A stretch of 64,000 bases of DNA, taken from the IMG/VR virus record IMGVR_UViG_3300044815_000165, positions 1-64,000 of that record. One strand, written 5' to 3'. The position numbers and the translations under genes are program-made. Positions 46,151 through 55,206 of the stretch are shown one piece after another. Below the pieces are notes generated by a model. That model did no database searches, was not told the origin of the DNA, and saw nothing but the letters and a program-made list of their open reading frames with translations. The DNA comes from a virus. Every line of letters begins with the position of its first letter. Position 1 is the stretch's first letter.

Positions 46151-48403
46151 ATGCGACCGCCGGTAATCTTCGCTGAGACCAACAAGCAAGCTCGGAAGCT
46201 CCTCGACGAGGTCTACCGAGAAGCCTACCTCGAAGGGAAGATTACGGCGGTCGACACCGAGTTCGTGCCCGTCTCGCACGAGCCAGTTCTCATGTCTCTG
46301 TCTTGGGGTCGCGGGATCCGCCGCGTCATCCGCGCCGAGCTGGTGAAGGAACACCTCGCGGAGTGGCTCACCGATCCCGAGACCAAGCTCGCGTGGCAGA
46401 ACTTCAAGGAGGACGCCGAGACCTGCGAGGCGCTCGGCATCCCGACTGCAGAGTTGGCGCGGAGCTTCTACATCGACGTCATGGTCGCCGGCGTGCTCCG
46501 CGACGAGACGCTGATGAAGCATGGCCTCAAGGCGCAGATGCTCCACTGGTTGAAGTGGTTCCGCCACGAGTACGGCCAGACGTTCGCCTACGTGCCACCG
46601 GGCCTGAAGAAGGCGATCGTCATGGACCCGCGCCAGGTGATGGATGACCTGCCGGCGGACGCGCTCATCGGCGCCGTCACGAAGTGGGGCAGCGCGAAGG
46701 GCGGGCACAAGACCGGCCCACGCACCCTCGAAGAGTGGATCCAGGCGATGCTGGACTACGCGGGCGACGACGCCGAGGGCACCCAGCTGCTCGCCGTCGA
46801 CCATCGGAAGTACCTCAAGAAGACCGACTACTGGGACAAGTACGTCTCGGTCGATCGGCCGTTCACGCTCACCCTCATGCAGTGCGAGAGCGCCGGCGCG
46901 TACATCGACCAGCCGATCCTCCGCAAGATCCTCCGCAAGCAGGAGATCCGCATCCTCCGCGCCGAGCACTGCTTCCGCGCCGCCTCCGGCAACCCGAAGC
47001 TGAACCTGCGGTCGGGACCGCAGATGCGGAAGCTGCTGCTCGAGGAGTGGGAGTGGCCACCGCATCCTGACAACGTGAGCGACAAGACCGGCGAGTCCTC
47101 CATGGACAAGGAGGTGCTCACCTGGTGGCTGCAGAAGCATCACCTCGAGATGGCCGAGGTGAAGATGGCCTTCAACAACGCGAGCACGATGAAGGGCACC
47201 TTCCTCCAGGGCCTGCTCGACGGCGTCAGCGAGGATGGGCGGCTGCGCTCCGACCTCAACCAGATCGGCGCGAAGACCAGCGGTCGGATCTCGTCGCGCA
47301 AGTTCGACGTGCTCGTGGAGGAGACGTACATCCTCAAGCGCACGGGACTCGTCAAGACGCGCATCAAGAAGAAGAAGGCCGGCGCGAACCTCCAGAACAT
47401 CCCCGCTCGCAAGGAGAAGGACCCGGACGGGATCCGCGGCGCGTTCCGCGCACCCAACGCCGGCGAGACCACCGCGCGCGGCACGATCGCGGAGGAGCCG
47501 TACAAGCTCCTCATCGCCGACTACGCGGGCTTCCACCTGATGCTCGTCATCCACTTCTGCTCGAAGCTCACCAAGCAGTCGGCGATGCTGGACGTGATGA
47601 AGAAGTACGGCACGCCGAGCGCCGTGCACGTGTACACGACGATCCAGATGTTCAAGAACACGAAGCCGCATTTCTGCGACGACTCGTCGTTCTCACCGTG
47701 CAAGAAGAACGGGAAGTGGAAGGAGTTCCACGGGCCGGGCAAGAGCTACTCGCTGAAGGAGTTCACGATGGACGACTGGAAGATGGTGAAGCCCATCTTC
47801 CCGGACCAGTACACGTACTCCAAGAACACGAACTTCGCGCTCATCTTCCTCGGGTCGCCGTGGACGCTCGCCTACAACACGGGCCGCGATCCCGGCATCG
47901 AGGAGCAGCTCGAGGAGTGCAAGCGCCACTACGACGATTGGTACGACCTGTACCCGGAGATCCCAGTCTACCAGAACCACATGATCGACCACGGCTACGA
48001 GCACGGCTGGGTGCCGACGCTCGGCGGTCGCCGCGGACACGTGCAGCGCATGCTCGAGGGTCGCGACCGCGCGGGCCGCTACATCGAAGACGAAGAAGCG
48101 CGCAAGAAGATGATCAAGCACGGCGAGCGCGTGTGCACGAACACGCCCGCGCAGGGCAGCGAGGCGGACATCGTCAAGATGGCGCTCAACCTCATCGCCA
48201 ACAGCCCGAAGCTGAAGAAGCTCCGCGTGGAGCCGCTGTTCCCGGTCCACGACGAGGTCGTCTGCGAGGGTCCCGAGAGCACGAGCGTGCCGGGTCTCGA
48301 GGAGCAGATCCGGTTGATGAAGATCCCGTACCGCGAGCTGATGGATTTCGAGTTGACGGTCGAAGGCGGCATCGGTTCCGACTGGCTTTCCGGTAAACCA
48401 TGA
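46151..48403 (+). CDS. polA: Family A DNA polymerase with 3'-5' exonuclease, atypical nucleotide pocket
   Basis: Exo DTE, NFKED, YAGDDA; TSGRISS..NLQNIP; motif A ADYAGFHL; motif B YTYSKNTNFALIFL; NTPAQGSEAD; motif C VHDE. Confidence 0.93.
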   Translation: MRPPVIFAETNKQARKLLDEVYREAYLEGKITAVDTEFVPVSHEPVLMSLSWGRGIRRVIRAELVKEHLAEWLTDPETKLAWQNFKEDAETCEALGIPTAELARSFYIDVMVAGVLRDETLMKHGLKAQMLHWLKWFRHEYGQTFAYVPPGLKKAIVMDPRQVMDDLPADALIGAVTKWGSAKGGHKTGPRTLEEWIQAMLDYAGDDAEGTQLLAVDHRKYLKKTDYWDKYVSVDRPFTLTLMQCESAGAYIDQPILRKILRKQEIRILRAEHCFRAASGNPKLNLRSGPQMRKLLLEEWEWPPHPDNVSDKTGESSMDKEVLTWWLQKHHLEMAEVKMAFNNASTMKGTFLQGLLDGVSEDGRLRSDLNQIGAKTSGRISSRKFDVLVEETYILKRTGLVKTRIKKKKAGANLQNIPARKEKDPDGIRGAFRAPNAGETTARGTIAEEPYKLLIADYAGFHLMLVIHFCSKLTKQSAMLDVMKKYGTPSAVHVYTTIQMFKNTKPHFCDDSSFSPCKKNGKWKEFHGPGKSYSLKEFTMDDWKMVKPIFPDQYTYSKNTNFALIFLGSPWTLAYNTGRDPGIEEQLEECKRHYDDWYDLYPEIPVYQNHMIDHGYEHGWVPTLGGRRGHVQRMLEGRDRAGRYIEDEEARKKMIKHGERVCTNTPAQGSEADIVKMALNLIANSPKLKKLRVEPLFPVHDEVVCEGPESTSVPGLEEQIRLMKIPYRELMDFELTVEGGIGSDWLSGKP

Positions 48404-48432
48404 AGTACAATGTATCCATCAGAGGAGATGTA

Positions 48433-48663
48433 ATGCCATCATTCCAAAAATTCCTCCTCATCTTCGGCACGTCGGAACTGATCATGAGCGCCGCGCACTG
48501 GGTCATGAACAACCAGCCGCTCGCGATCATCCACGGGGCGCTCGCTACCATGTCCGGCTTGGGAGCCGCCGCCATCCGCGCGAAGTTGCATCGGGATCGT
48601 GAAGAGATCCCGGCTGCGCGCGTCGTGTCAGACGGGCGGCGTATCGTCTCGGAGAAGAAGTGA
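48433..48663 (+). CDS. Small two-TM membrane protein
   Basis: GAGGAG RBS; two hydrophobic stretches; AT-rich 5' end. Confidence 0.5.
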   Translation: MPSFQKFLLIFGTSELIMSAAHWVMNNQPLAIIHGALATMSGLGAAAIRAKLHRDREEIPAARVVSDGRRIVSEKK

Positions 48664-49112
48664 TGTTCTGGGAACGCCGCACCACCGGACCGATCAAGGC
48701 GATCCACCCGGCGACCAAGAAGATCATCGAGGTCGACCCGCAGAAGGACGCCCGCATCGGGTCGGACCTCGACGCCGAGCTGCGCCGCCTCCCGGCCGTC
48801 CTGAGCTGGTACCTCTCGCTGCGCGACACCGCCGAGGAGCACCTCCGCAACATGCGCCACGAGGAGCACAACGCGGAGGAGGACCTCTACGAGGAGATGC
48901 GCGCGAACTCGCCGAAGGGCACCGAGACGTCCATCAAGATGTCCGTGAAGAAGCACCCGCGCATGCGCAAGGCGTTCCGCGCCCGCATGGACGCGCAGGA
49001 CATGCACCAGAAGCTGAAGAGCCAGGTCGGCGCGATCGAGGAGAAGCGCTGGTCGCTGATGGGGCTCGTGAAGTCCGCGCTGATGGAGCGCGGCACCAGA
49101 GACAACGCCTGA
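48660..49112 (+). CDS. UvsY-like recombination mediator
   Basis: Helical; LYEEMR..KGTETSIKMSV..HP..AIEEKRWSL pattern; adjacent to ssb and recA. Confidence 0.7.
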   Translation: MMFWERRTTGPIKAIHPATKKIIEVDPQKDARIGSDLDAELRRLPAVLSWYLSLRDTAEEHLRNMRHEEHNAEEDLYEEMRANSPKGTETSIKMSVKKHPRMRKAFRARMDAQDMHQKLKSQVGAIEEKRWSLMGLVKSALMERGTRDNA

Positions 49113-49172
49113 TCTGAGAGCCAATTCTGGCCTGACGATCTTGAACACACCTGAACGACCGAGGAGCTACCG

Positions 49173-50084
49173 ATGACGGACAAGAGCAAGAACACCGACA
49201 AGAAGAAGAGCACCGAAGACCTCGACGACATGCGCGAGGCGTTCCGCAAGCACAAGGAGCGCGCCGCGGGCGGCGGCGGTAAGAACGACTGGGACAAGCT
49301 CGGCGACGGCAAGAACATGCGCCGCGTCCTCCCGCGTCCGGGCGAGCGGAAGTTCTACACGGAGGGCTGGACGCACTTCAACGTCGGCCCGAACAACCGC
49401 GCGATGCGCTGCATCGACGAGGCGAACATCGACGACGAGCGCGGGCTCCCCAAGTCGGAGACGAAGTGCCCGCTGTGCAAGAAGTTCCTCCGCGAGCAGT
49501 CGCGCATCAACAGCGAGTACAAGAAGGGCGACAAGGACGGGCACGCGGAGTGGAAGGTCGCGAAGGACAAGTACGTCCCGCGGCACCAGTTCTACGCGAA
49601 CGTGCTCGTGCCCGGTGACGACGACGAGGGCGACGTCGAGATCAAGATCCTCGCGTTCGGTCCGCAGGTGTGGAGCCAGCTGATGAACTTCTACCTCGGC
49701 GACGACACCTCGATCGGCGACTTCACCAAGCCGAAGAGCGGCCGGTGGATGAACATCAAGAAGGAGAAGAAGGGCGGACGCGACCGCCGCAACATCGAGT
49801 ACAAGGTGTACCCGGCGAGCGACTCCGACGACATCTCTGAGGCGTGGGACGCGATCCTCGCTGGCCTCCACGACCTCGACGCCGCGGTCGGCAAGGCGTC
49901 GTCCAAGGACGAGATGATCGCCGTGATGAAGGGCGTCGACCTCAACAAGGGCTCCGACGACGACAGCGGCGACGACGAGAGCAGCGGCAAGAAGAAGAGC
50001 CGGGACGATGACGACGAGGAAGAGGAGCGTCCCTCCAAGAAGTCGAAGCTCGGCTCGAAGATGAAGCGCCGCGACGACGACTGA
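49173..50084 (+). CDS. gp32-like single-stranded DNA-binding protein
   Basis: RVLP, H..C..CPLC Zn site, RHQFYANVLV, IKILAFG, IEYKV, charged tail. Confidence 0.85.
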   Translation: MTDKSKNTDKKKSTEDLDDMREAFRKHKERAAGGGGKNDWDKLGDGKNMRRVLPRPGERKFYTEGWTHFNVGPNNRAMRCIDEANIDDERGLPKSETKCPLCKKFLREQSRINSEYKKGDKDGHAEWKVAKDKYVPRHQFYANVLVPGDDDEGDVEIKILAFGPQVWSQLMNFYLGDDTSIGDFTKPKSGRWMNIKKEKKGGRDRRNIEYKVYPASDSDDISEAWDAILAGLHDLDAAVGKASSKDEMIAVMKGVDLNKGSDDDSGDDESSGKKKSRDDDDEEEERPSKKSKLGSKMKRRDDD

Positions 50085-50089
50085 AGACC

Positions 50090-50240
50090 GTTGAGATGGC
50101 GGAAGTAGGTAGACGCGCCAGCCTAGACGTGACCCGATAACGGGCGCGTCGAAGCGGGTGTCTGGTAGCCAACGGGTTGCGCTGCAGCCGCGCTCGTTGC
50201 GTTCGCATCGGACTTGCTGGTTCGAGTCCAGCTCTCAACA
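50090..50240 (+). ncRNA. tRNA-Leu-like RNA with large insertions in anticodon and variable arms
   Basis: Acceptor GTTGAGA/TCTCAAC + A discriminator; D arm TGGCGGAAGTAGGTAGACGCG; T arm GCTGG-TTCGAGT-CCAGC; 151 nt in total. Confidence 0.8.
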
Positions 50241-50249
50241 CGAGGACAC

Positions 50250-51326
50250 ATGCCGAAGAAGCAAGACAAAGACAGAGCCCACGAGATCCGCGTTATGCGA
50301 TCGACGCACAGCGAGATCACACGCATCAACGCGAAGGCAGACGTGCTTCTCAAGAACGTCATCGACCTCGGCGTTGTCCGTCCTCCTCCGAAGATCGACA
50401 AGGAGAAGGAGAAGAAGCTCACCAAGCTCTTCGCGAAGCTCAAGAAGAAGTACGACGATGTCGACGTGGTGACCACGATCGCCAACGGCTCGCGGAGCGC
50501 CACCAAGATCAGCACCATCCCGTCCGGGTGGCAGGAGATGGACGACCTCATCACCGGCGAGACCGACTCCGAGGCGCGCACCATCCCGGGCACGGGGCTC
50601 GGCTGGCCGCGCGGGCGGATCATCGAGGTCTACGGCGACGAGGGTGTCGGCAAGACGTCCCTCTCGCTGCAGATCATCGCGGCGTTCCAGAAGGCTGGCG
50701 AGGAAGTCGCGTTCGTCGACGCCGAGCACTCGCTCGACGTCCGCTACGCGAAGAAGCTCGGTGTCGACCTGACGCGGCTCAAGATCGCGCAACCGGACGA
50801 CGGCGGCGAGCGCGCCCTCTCCGTGGTTGCCGAGCTGTGCGAGAGCGGGCTGTTCGGCTGCATCGTGGTCGACTCGGTGGCCGCGCTCACGCCGGCGTCC
50901 GAGCTGGAGGCCGACTTCGAGGACACCATGCAGCCGGCGCGGCAGGCCGCGCTGATGTCGCGCGCGCTGCGCAAGCTCTCCGGCATCGTCTCGAAGAGCA
51001 ACACGCTGCTCGTCTTCACGAACCAGCAGCGCATCAAGATTGGTGTCCGGTTCGGCAACCCGAAGACGACGCCGGGCGGGCAGGCGCTGAAGTTCTACGC
51101 GTCGATCCGCATCGAGCTGGTGATGATCAAGACCGTCCGCAAGGGCGACCGTGTCGTCCTGCGCCGCACGCGCGTGCGCACCGTCAAGAACAAGGTGGCG
51201 CCGCCGTTCCGCGACGTGTTCGTCGACGTCGTCCCGAACCAGGGCTTCGCCGCGGTGTACTCGGATCCCGACTTCGGCGGGAAGAGCACCAAGAAGAAAG
51301 ACGAGGACGACGATGGCGGCGAGTAA
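50250..51326 (+). CDS. recA: RecA/UvsX recombinase
   Basis: GWPRGRIIEVYGDEGVGKT, FVDAEHSLD, IVVDSVAALTP, TTPGGQALKFYASIRI, KNKVAPPFR. Confidence 0.96.
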   Translation: MPKKQDKDRAHEIRVMRSTHSEITRINAKADVLLKNVIDLGVVRPPPKIDKEKEKKLTKLFAKLKKKYDDVDVVTTIANGSRSATKISTIPSGWQEMDDLITGETDSEARTIPGTGLGWPRGRIIEVYGDEGVGKTSLSLQIIAAFQKAGEEVAFVDAEHSLDVRYAKKLGVDLTRLKIAQPDDGGERALSVVAELCESGLFGCIVVDSVAALTPASELEADFEDTMQPARQAALMSRALRKLSGIVSKSNTLLVFTNQQRIKIGVRFGNPKTTPGGQALKFYASIRIELVMIKTVRKGDRVVLRRTRVRTVKNKVAPPFRDVFVDVVPNQGFAAVYSDPDFGGKSTKKKDEDDDGGE

Positions 51327-51612
51327 CAGCATCGCGGCGCTCTGCGGGAAGACGGCACACGTCATCGTGTCGCGCATCGCGTGCGAGGCGTGCCAGGAGA
51401 ACACGGCGCGCTACATCTCGATCGATGACGAGGCCATCGCATTCACGTGCGGCACGTGCCCGGTCAAGCACGGCTGGGAGTCGATCAGGATCTCCGACCT
51501 CGCGCCGCTGTTCGATGTCGTCATCAAGCTAGTTCGCGCCGAGCGCGTGACGGCACTCGGCAGCTCAGCTGCGATCGACGAGTTGCGATCGATCCTCGGG
51601 AGGAAGCCATGA
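51313..51612 (+). CDS. Hypothetical Zn-binding protein
   Basis: CEAC..CGTC. Confidence 0.55.
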   Translation: MAASNSIAALCGKTAHVIVSRIACEACQENTARYISIDDEAIAFTCGTCPVKHGWESIRISDLAPLFDVVIKLVRAERVTALGSSAAIDELRSILGRKP

Positions 51613-51863
51613 GCGCGCTGAAGATCGGCGACATCGTTCATCTCAAGTCGGGTAGCGGCATGATGACGGTCGAGAACATCCACCACCAGGAAACGCAGAT
51701 CGACGTCGTGTGGTGCTCGTCTTCGCGCGGACTCGAGCGCGCCACGTTGCCTATCGCGTGCATCAAAGAAGGTGCGATGCACGATCGCCTCAACAAGGAC
51801 GGCGTTCCTCCGCCACGACCACGTCGATCCAAACCGGATTACGGAGACAACGGCGAGAAGTGA
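51609..51863 (+). CDS. YodC/DUF2158-like protein
   Basis: LKIGDIVHLKSGSGMMTV..VVW. Confidence 0.75.
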   Translation: MSALKIGDIVHLKSGSGMMTVENIHHQETQIDVVWCSSSRGLERATLPIACIKEGAMHDRLNKDGVPPPRPRRSKPDYGDNGEK

Positions 51864-51876
51864 TAGGTTCCGCTCC

Positions 51877-52398
51877 ATGCTCAACCTGATCATCGCCTGG
51901 CTCGTCAGCAGCATCGTCTCAACACGCGCGCAGAGCCTCCCTGACGTCGAGCCTCCGCGGCTCGCGAGGTTCCTGACGGCGCTGCAGCACGAAGCGGTGG
52001 ACGACGTCCCGACGTCGCTCGTCGTGTACCTCGCGTGGGCGGAGTCGCGGTTCGATCCCGACGCGAAGCCCGGGTGCGGCGTGCTGCAGGTGTTCCCGCG
52101 CGACATCTACCAGCCACCGAGCCGGTGCAAGCTGTGGCGCTCCGACCAGCGCCTCGCGATCCGTGCCGGTGTGCGTGAGCTGCGGATGCTCATGAGCGAG
52201 CCGCGCGTGCACGGCGACCTGTGGATCGCCCTGATGTACCGCGCGTGCGGCAACGTCTACTTCGATGGTGCGTGTGATGCGGCTAAGAGTCGGTGGGTGG
52301 AGTTCGCCCTGCGCGGCGCATGGATGCTGAACCCGCTCAGCCTGGACGTCGCGACGGCGTTGCTCCGCGCCTCGCTCGAGAAGGTGAGGGAGTCGTGA
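51877..52398 (+). CDS. Lytic transglycosylase (SLT-like) with N-terminal hydrophobic segment
   Basis: LAWAESRFDPDA..GVLQV..IRAGVREL; TGa TAGGTT-7nt-ATG. Confidence 0.65.
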   Translation: MLNLIIAWLVSSIVSTRAQSLPDVEPPRLARFLTALQHEAVDDVPTSLVVYLAWAESRFDPDAKPGCGVLQVFPRDIYQPPSRCKLWRSDQRLAIRAGVRELRMLMSEPRVHGDLWIALMYRACGNVYFDGACDAAKSRWVEFALRGAWMLNPLSLDVATALLRASLEKVRES

Positions 52399-52670
52399 GG
52401 CACCTCGGCATCACCGACAGCGAGATCATCGAGGCGATCGGCTTCGAGCTTACGGGACGCGCCTCGCCCTCGTACAGCAGCCAGGTGGGTGTGCTCGAGG
52501 TCGTCTTCAAGGCCGCGCCGAACATGATCTACCGCTACGAGGACGTCACGGTCGACGACTTCGTTGCGCTCGTCACGTCCGATCGCATCGGTAAGCTGTT
52601 CATCGAGAAGTTCAAGAAGACGAAGCACCCGTTCGTGAAGAGCGAACGCCCGCTGCTCAAGAAGGCATGA
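52395..52670 (+). CDS. KTSC domain protein
   Basis: SEIIEAIGF..LEVVFK..IYRYEDV..F.AL..S..IGK.F. Confidence 0.85.
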   Translation: MRHLGITDSEIIEAIGFELTGRASPSYSSQVGVLEVVFKAAPNMIYRYEDVTVDDFVALVTSDRIGKLFIEKFKKTKHPFVKSERPLLKKA

Positions 52671-52918
52671 AGCCGACGCGCGAAGCCACCGTGAACGCGA
52701 ACCAGCTCGCCGAGCTGCGTTGGTTGGTTGGATCGGAGACGCCGAAGTCGGCGGCAGCTGCGAAAGCTCTCCACCGTCGTGGTCTCGTCTACGTCGTCGA
52801 CCAATGCGGAGCTGGCTGCTGTCGGCGTTATCGGCTGACAGAATTCGGTCGTCACTTCTATCGATTCACGAAGGAGATCTCCGCACCGTTGCTGTTGACA
52901 TTGTCAACGCTAACGTAG
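52667..52918 (+). CDS. Hypothetical winged-helix-like protein
   Basis: ALHRRGLV..YRLTEFG. Confidence 0.5.
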   Translation: MKPTREATVNANQLAELRWLVGSETPKSAAAAKALHRRGLVYVVDQCGAGCCRRYRLTEFGRHFYRFTKEISAPLLLTLSTLT

Positions 52919-52924
52919 TAGTAT
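52894..52924 (+). promoter_or_regulatory. Sigma70-type promoter with palindromic operator (copy 3)
   Basis: GTTGACATTGTCAAC; TTGACA-18-TAGTAT. Confidence 0.78.
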
Positions 52925-52934
52925 CCGCTTTGTC

Positions 52935-53147
52935 ATGAACGTCTACAAGGTCACGTACGATTTACGGACCTCCGAGGGATGGCTGGGCGGAGCTGGCGCG
53001 CTCGACAGCGTCAACGTCCTCTCGAGAGGAGACGTCTTGGATGCCTGTACCAAGATCCAAAAGCGTCTCGTCAAATCCAAGCGATTCGGCGCCGTGCTCG
53101 AGGTGATGATCATGTCCGTCGAGTGCCTCGCCCGAGGTGCCGTTTGA
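52935..53147 (+). CDS. Hypothetical protein
   Basis: First ORF after promoter; stop overlaps sbcD start. Confidence 0.55.
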   Translation: MNVYKVTYDLRTSEGWLGGAGALDSVNVLSRGDVLDACTKIQKRLVKSKRFGAVLEVMIMSVECLARGAV

Positions 53148-54271
53148 AAATCATCATCTTCTCCGACCTGCACGTTCACGCGTGGGGTGAGCACGCGCGA
53201 GACGTCGGCGGCGTGCCCTCTCGACTCGACCACTGCGTCAGCGTCTTGCGGCAGATCCGCGAGTACGCTACCAAGCACGAGATCACGAACGTCTTGTTCG
53301 GTGGGGATCTCTTCCACAAGCGCGGCGTGCTCTACACGCTCCCCTACAACCTCGTGGTCGCCGAGCTGGCGCGGTGGCGCGACGCTGGGCTGCAGCTCTA
53401 CGCGAACGTCGGCAACCACGACGCGGCCGATCGCCTCGCGAAGGTCCACGCGCTCTCCGCGCTCGAGAGCGCCGGCCTGCTGAAGACGGTCGGAGCCGAC
53501 GGGTGGACGAACTGGATCCTAGAAGACGCCGTGGACAATTCTGATCTCGACGTGCTCGTGACGGCGGTCGCGTACTGCTCGGAGGCAGCCGAGCTGCGCC
53601 GGCGGACGGACGTCGCCCTCTCCGAGATCGATAACCGCGACATCCTCAAGCGCTGCGGGTTCACCATCGGGCTGTTCCATCACGGGTTCCACGGCGCGCG
53701 CGTCGGCACCTCGCTGGAGTACGTGGTGAAGGAGGACGCCGACCCGGACGAGTACGCGAAGTCGTTCGACGTGATGTACAGCGGTCACTACCACGCGCAC
53801 CAGGAGGTCGGCGTGGCCGGCAACGCCTGGTACGTGGGATCGCCGATGGAGTTCGTGCGCGGCGAGACGTCGCCGAAGGGTTTCATCGTGCTCGACACGC
53901 GGGAGGCCGAGTTCGAGCGCATCACCCTCGACCTGCCGCGCTTCGTGAAGCTCACGCGCGCGGAGATCATCGACAAGGCGTTCGACATGGCGGCGCACGT
54001 GAAGGGGAACTTCGTCGACGTCGTGTTCGACGAGCTGCCGATGTCGTGGGAGGCGATCGACGGCGTGCTCACCAAGCTCGGCGCCGCCGGCGTCAAGGCG
54101 TGCCCGACGCGCGCGGAAGAGACGTCGAGCAGCACGCGGCTGAAGCTCGACCTCTCGCTCGGCGACAAGCACCTCCTGGAGCAGTACATGAGCCACGTCG
54201 AAGTCGATGAACCGAACCGCGCTGAACTGCTGCAGGTCGGGCTCTCGCTGATCGAGGAAGCCTCCAAGTGA
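53144..54271 (+). CDS. sbcD: SbcD/Mre11/gp47-like nuclease
   Basis: FSDLH, GGDLFH, VGNHD, FHH, SGHYH, YVGSP; TTG start overlapping previous stop. Confidence 0.92.
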   Translation: MKIIIFSDLHVHAWGEHARDVGGVPSRLDHCVSVLRQIREYATKHEITNVLFGGDLFHKRGVLYTLPYNLVVAELARWRDAGLQLYANVGNHDAADRLAKVHALSALESAGLLKTVGADGWTNWILEDAVDNSDLDVLVTAVAYCSEAAELRRRTDVALSEIDNRDILKRCGFTIGLFHHGFHGARVGTSLEYVVKEDADPDEYAKSFDVMYSGHYHAHQEVGVAGNAWYVGSPMEFVRGETSPKGFIVLDTREAEFERITLDLPRFVKLTRAEIIDKAFDMAAHVKGNFVDVVFDELPMSWEAIDGVLTKLGAAGVKACPTRAEETSSSTRLKLDLSLGDKHLLEQYMSHVEVDEPNRAELLQVGLSLIEEASK

Positions 54272-54480
54272 GCGGACGCGTGAAGCTGTCACCGCTCGGC
54301 AGGGCGATGCTGGCGATCGAGGCGATGGCATCGGTCCTGCCGCCACACCTCGTCGGGCTCAAGCGCGAACTCAACGAGGTGCTCGGTCTGCTGCAGGAGA
54401 CCGCGCTCGGCATCGACACAAGCGACAAGCCGGCGAAGAAGACGATCACCAAGAAGCGGAAGAAGAAAGGTACCAAGTAG
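54268..54480 (+). CDS. Hypothetical protein
   Basis: GTGA overlap; basic C-terminus. Confidence 0.55.
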   Translation: MSGRVKLSPLGRAMLAIEAMASVLPPHLVGLKRELNEVLGLLQETALGIDTSDKPAKKTITKKRKKKGTK

Positions 54481-55206
54481 ATGGCGTACAAGAGCAAGCG
54501 ACTCCTGCTGGAGGCTGTCACCAAGGAGATGGATGCGATCCGCAAGCTGCTCACGCAGCTCGGCACCGACGTGGTGAACAACGCGCAGTTCATGATGTCG
54601 CAGCGCGTGAGCGACGCGCAGGAGTCGCTGAATGACTTGCGCAAGCTGTTCGACGAGGTCACCGAGCGGCTCGAGAAGCCATCGATCAACGATCTCGAAA
54701 ACATGGAGCCGTCCGACTACGTCACCACCATGATGCCGCTGGTGACCCAGTACCACCGGCGGCTCATGATCGCGGACCGCCTCACCTCGTGCATCTGCAC
54801 CGATCTCGGCGCGGCGGGTGCGGTCATCATCTTGATCGGCGAGGGCTCCACCTCCGTCAAGACCGCGTACGACCCTGCACGCCCGGACGTCGCACTGGCG
54901 ATCGAGGCGATCCTAGCCGCGCTCGACAACAACACGAAGCAGGTCCTCACGGAGGGCGTCGCCGAGGCTGAGAAGCAGTTCGGGATCGCCGACTATCCGG
55001 TGAGCGAGATCCCGGAGGACTCCGACCTGCGCATTCGCTACGGCGACCCGATCCAGGAGCAGGACCTCGAGCGCAACCGGAAGGCTGCGTTCGTCATCAA
55101 CGCGAGCAACGTAGTCATCAAGGATCGCAACGGTCCGACGCCGCGTGGCGCTACCGAGGAGGAGATCGACAGCTGTCTCCTCGTCAAGGAACCCGGCGAC
55201 GAGTGA
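54481..55206 (+). CDS. Hypothetical protein
   Basis: Abuts previous gene; typical codon usage. Confidence 0.65.
   Translation: MAYKSKRLLLEAVTKEMDAIRKLLTQLGTDVVNNAQFMMSQRVSDAQESLNDLRKLFDEVTERLEKPSINDLENMEPSDYVTTMMPLVTQYHRRLMIADRLTSCICTDLGAAGAVIILIGEGSTSVKTAYDPARPDVALAIEAILAALDNNTKQVLTEGVAEAEKQFGIADYPVSEIPEDSDLRIRYGDPIQEQDLERNRKAAFVINASNVVIKDRNGPTPRGATEEEIDSCLLVKEPGDE

Noticed and set aside
46151-48403. Calling the polymerase DpoZ (2-aminoadenine genome)
   Set aside because: No purZ, datZ or mazZ in the window, and DpoZ-specific residues cannot be verified by eye
50090-50240. Canonical tRNA-Leu(TAG) with a group I intron, or tmRNA
   Set aside because: The insert is only about 30 extra nt with no group I core, there is no U33 before TAG, the variable arm is also expanded, and there is no tag ORF or alanine identity element
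38147-51326. Inteins or introns in helicases, polymerase or RecA
   Set aside because: Proteins are of normal length with contiguous motifs; no C/S...HN intein ends or LAGLIDADG blocks
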